From: Chiloscyllium plagiosum
Taxonomy: Eukaryota
Reading direction: 5' to 3'
Assembly (NCBI RefSeq): GCF_004010195.1
Contig: NC_057748.1
Span: 4,849,374-4,913,373, forward strand
DNA: 64,000 bases
The notes under the pieces are model-generated. The model was given only the letters and a program-made list of their open reading frames with translations, was not told where the DNA came from and ran no database searches. Within the stretch, counting starts at the first letter, position 1. Every line of letters starts with the position of its first letter. This document shows, piece by piece, positions 63,458 through 64,000 of this stretch. The position numbers and the translations under genes were made by a program.

Positions 63458-64000
63458 AGAGTGACAGAAAGAAAGAATGTGACAGAAAGAGGGAGAGTGT
63501 GTTAGAGAGAGGGAGAGAGACAGAGAGAGGGAATGTGACAGAGAAAGAAAGTATGTTACAGGGACAGAGTGACAGAAAGAGAGAGAGTATGACAGAGACA
63601 GAGGGAGAGTGTGACAGACAGAGGGAGTGTGTGATAGAGAGAGAGGGACAGATAGAGAGCAAGGGAGAGTGCGACAGAGAGATGGAGAGTGTGACAGAGA
63701 GAGAGGGAGTGTGTGACAGAGAGGGAGTGTGTGACAGAGAGGGAGGGAGAGTGTGACAGCGAGGGAGTGTGTGACAGAGAGAGGGAGAGTGTGACAGAGA
63801 GGGAGTGTGTGACAGAGAGGGAGGGAGAGTGTGACAGAGTGTGAGTGTGTGACAGAGAGGGAGTGTGTGACAGAGAGGGAGGGAGAGTGTGACAGAGTGT
63901 GAGTGTGTGACAGAGAGGGAGTGTGTGACAGAGAGGGAGGGAGAGTGTGACAGAGTGTGAGTGTGTGACAGAGAGGGAGTGTGTGACAGAGAGGGAGGGA
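63458..64000. repeat. GA/GT-rich low-complexity tandem repeat (GAGGGAGAGTGTGACAGA-like)
   Basis: Repeated GTGTGACAGAGAGGGA units up to the window edge. Confidence 0.95.

Noticed and set aside
62760-63464. 234-aa ORF as a single-exon gene
   Set aside because: Includes a (TG)n microsatellite and G/C runs; only 63273-63329 has coding and splice signals.

Overview
Repeat-rich vertebrate genomic DNA, almost certainly from a shark/elasmobranch (HE1-like V-SINEs, CR1/HER-like LINEs, Penelope-like elements), with three N gaps. It holds two complete 4-exon ferritin genes transcribed divergently about 32 kb apart. Gene A (minus, 2824->534, 177 aa) is an H/M-type subunit with an intact ferroxidase centre and a canonical iron-responsive element (IRE). 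Gene B (plus, 34752->44746, 174 aa) resembles the amphibian 'lower' (L) subunit. Gene B has lost its ferroxidase iron ligands, some nucleation glutamates and a 3-fold channel aspartate. Its 5' leader carries a decayed IRE relic followed by a 2-codon uORF. Three antioxidant-response elements (AREs) lie between the genes. Other features: a 6.5-kb near-perfect 42-bp G-rich tandem array; several Penelope-like element families with minimal hammerhead-ribozyme cores (some as palindromes with target-site duplications); a decayed Gypsy element; and, at the right edge, a probable signal-peptide first exon of an unidentified gene. Almost all short ORFs in the supplied track are repeat-derived. Repeat boundaries are approximate and family names come from recognition, not a database search.
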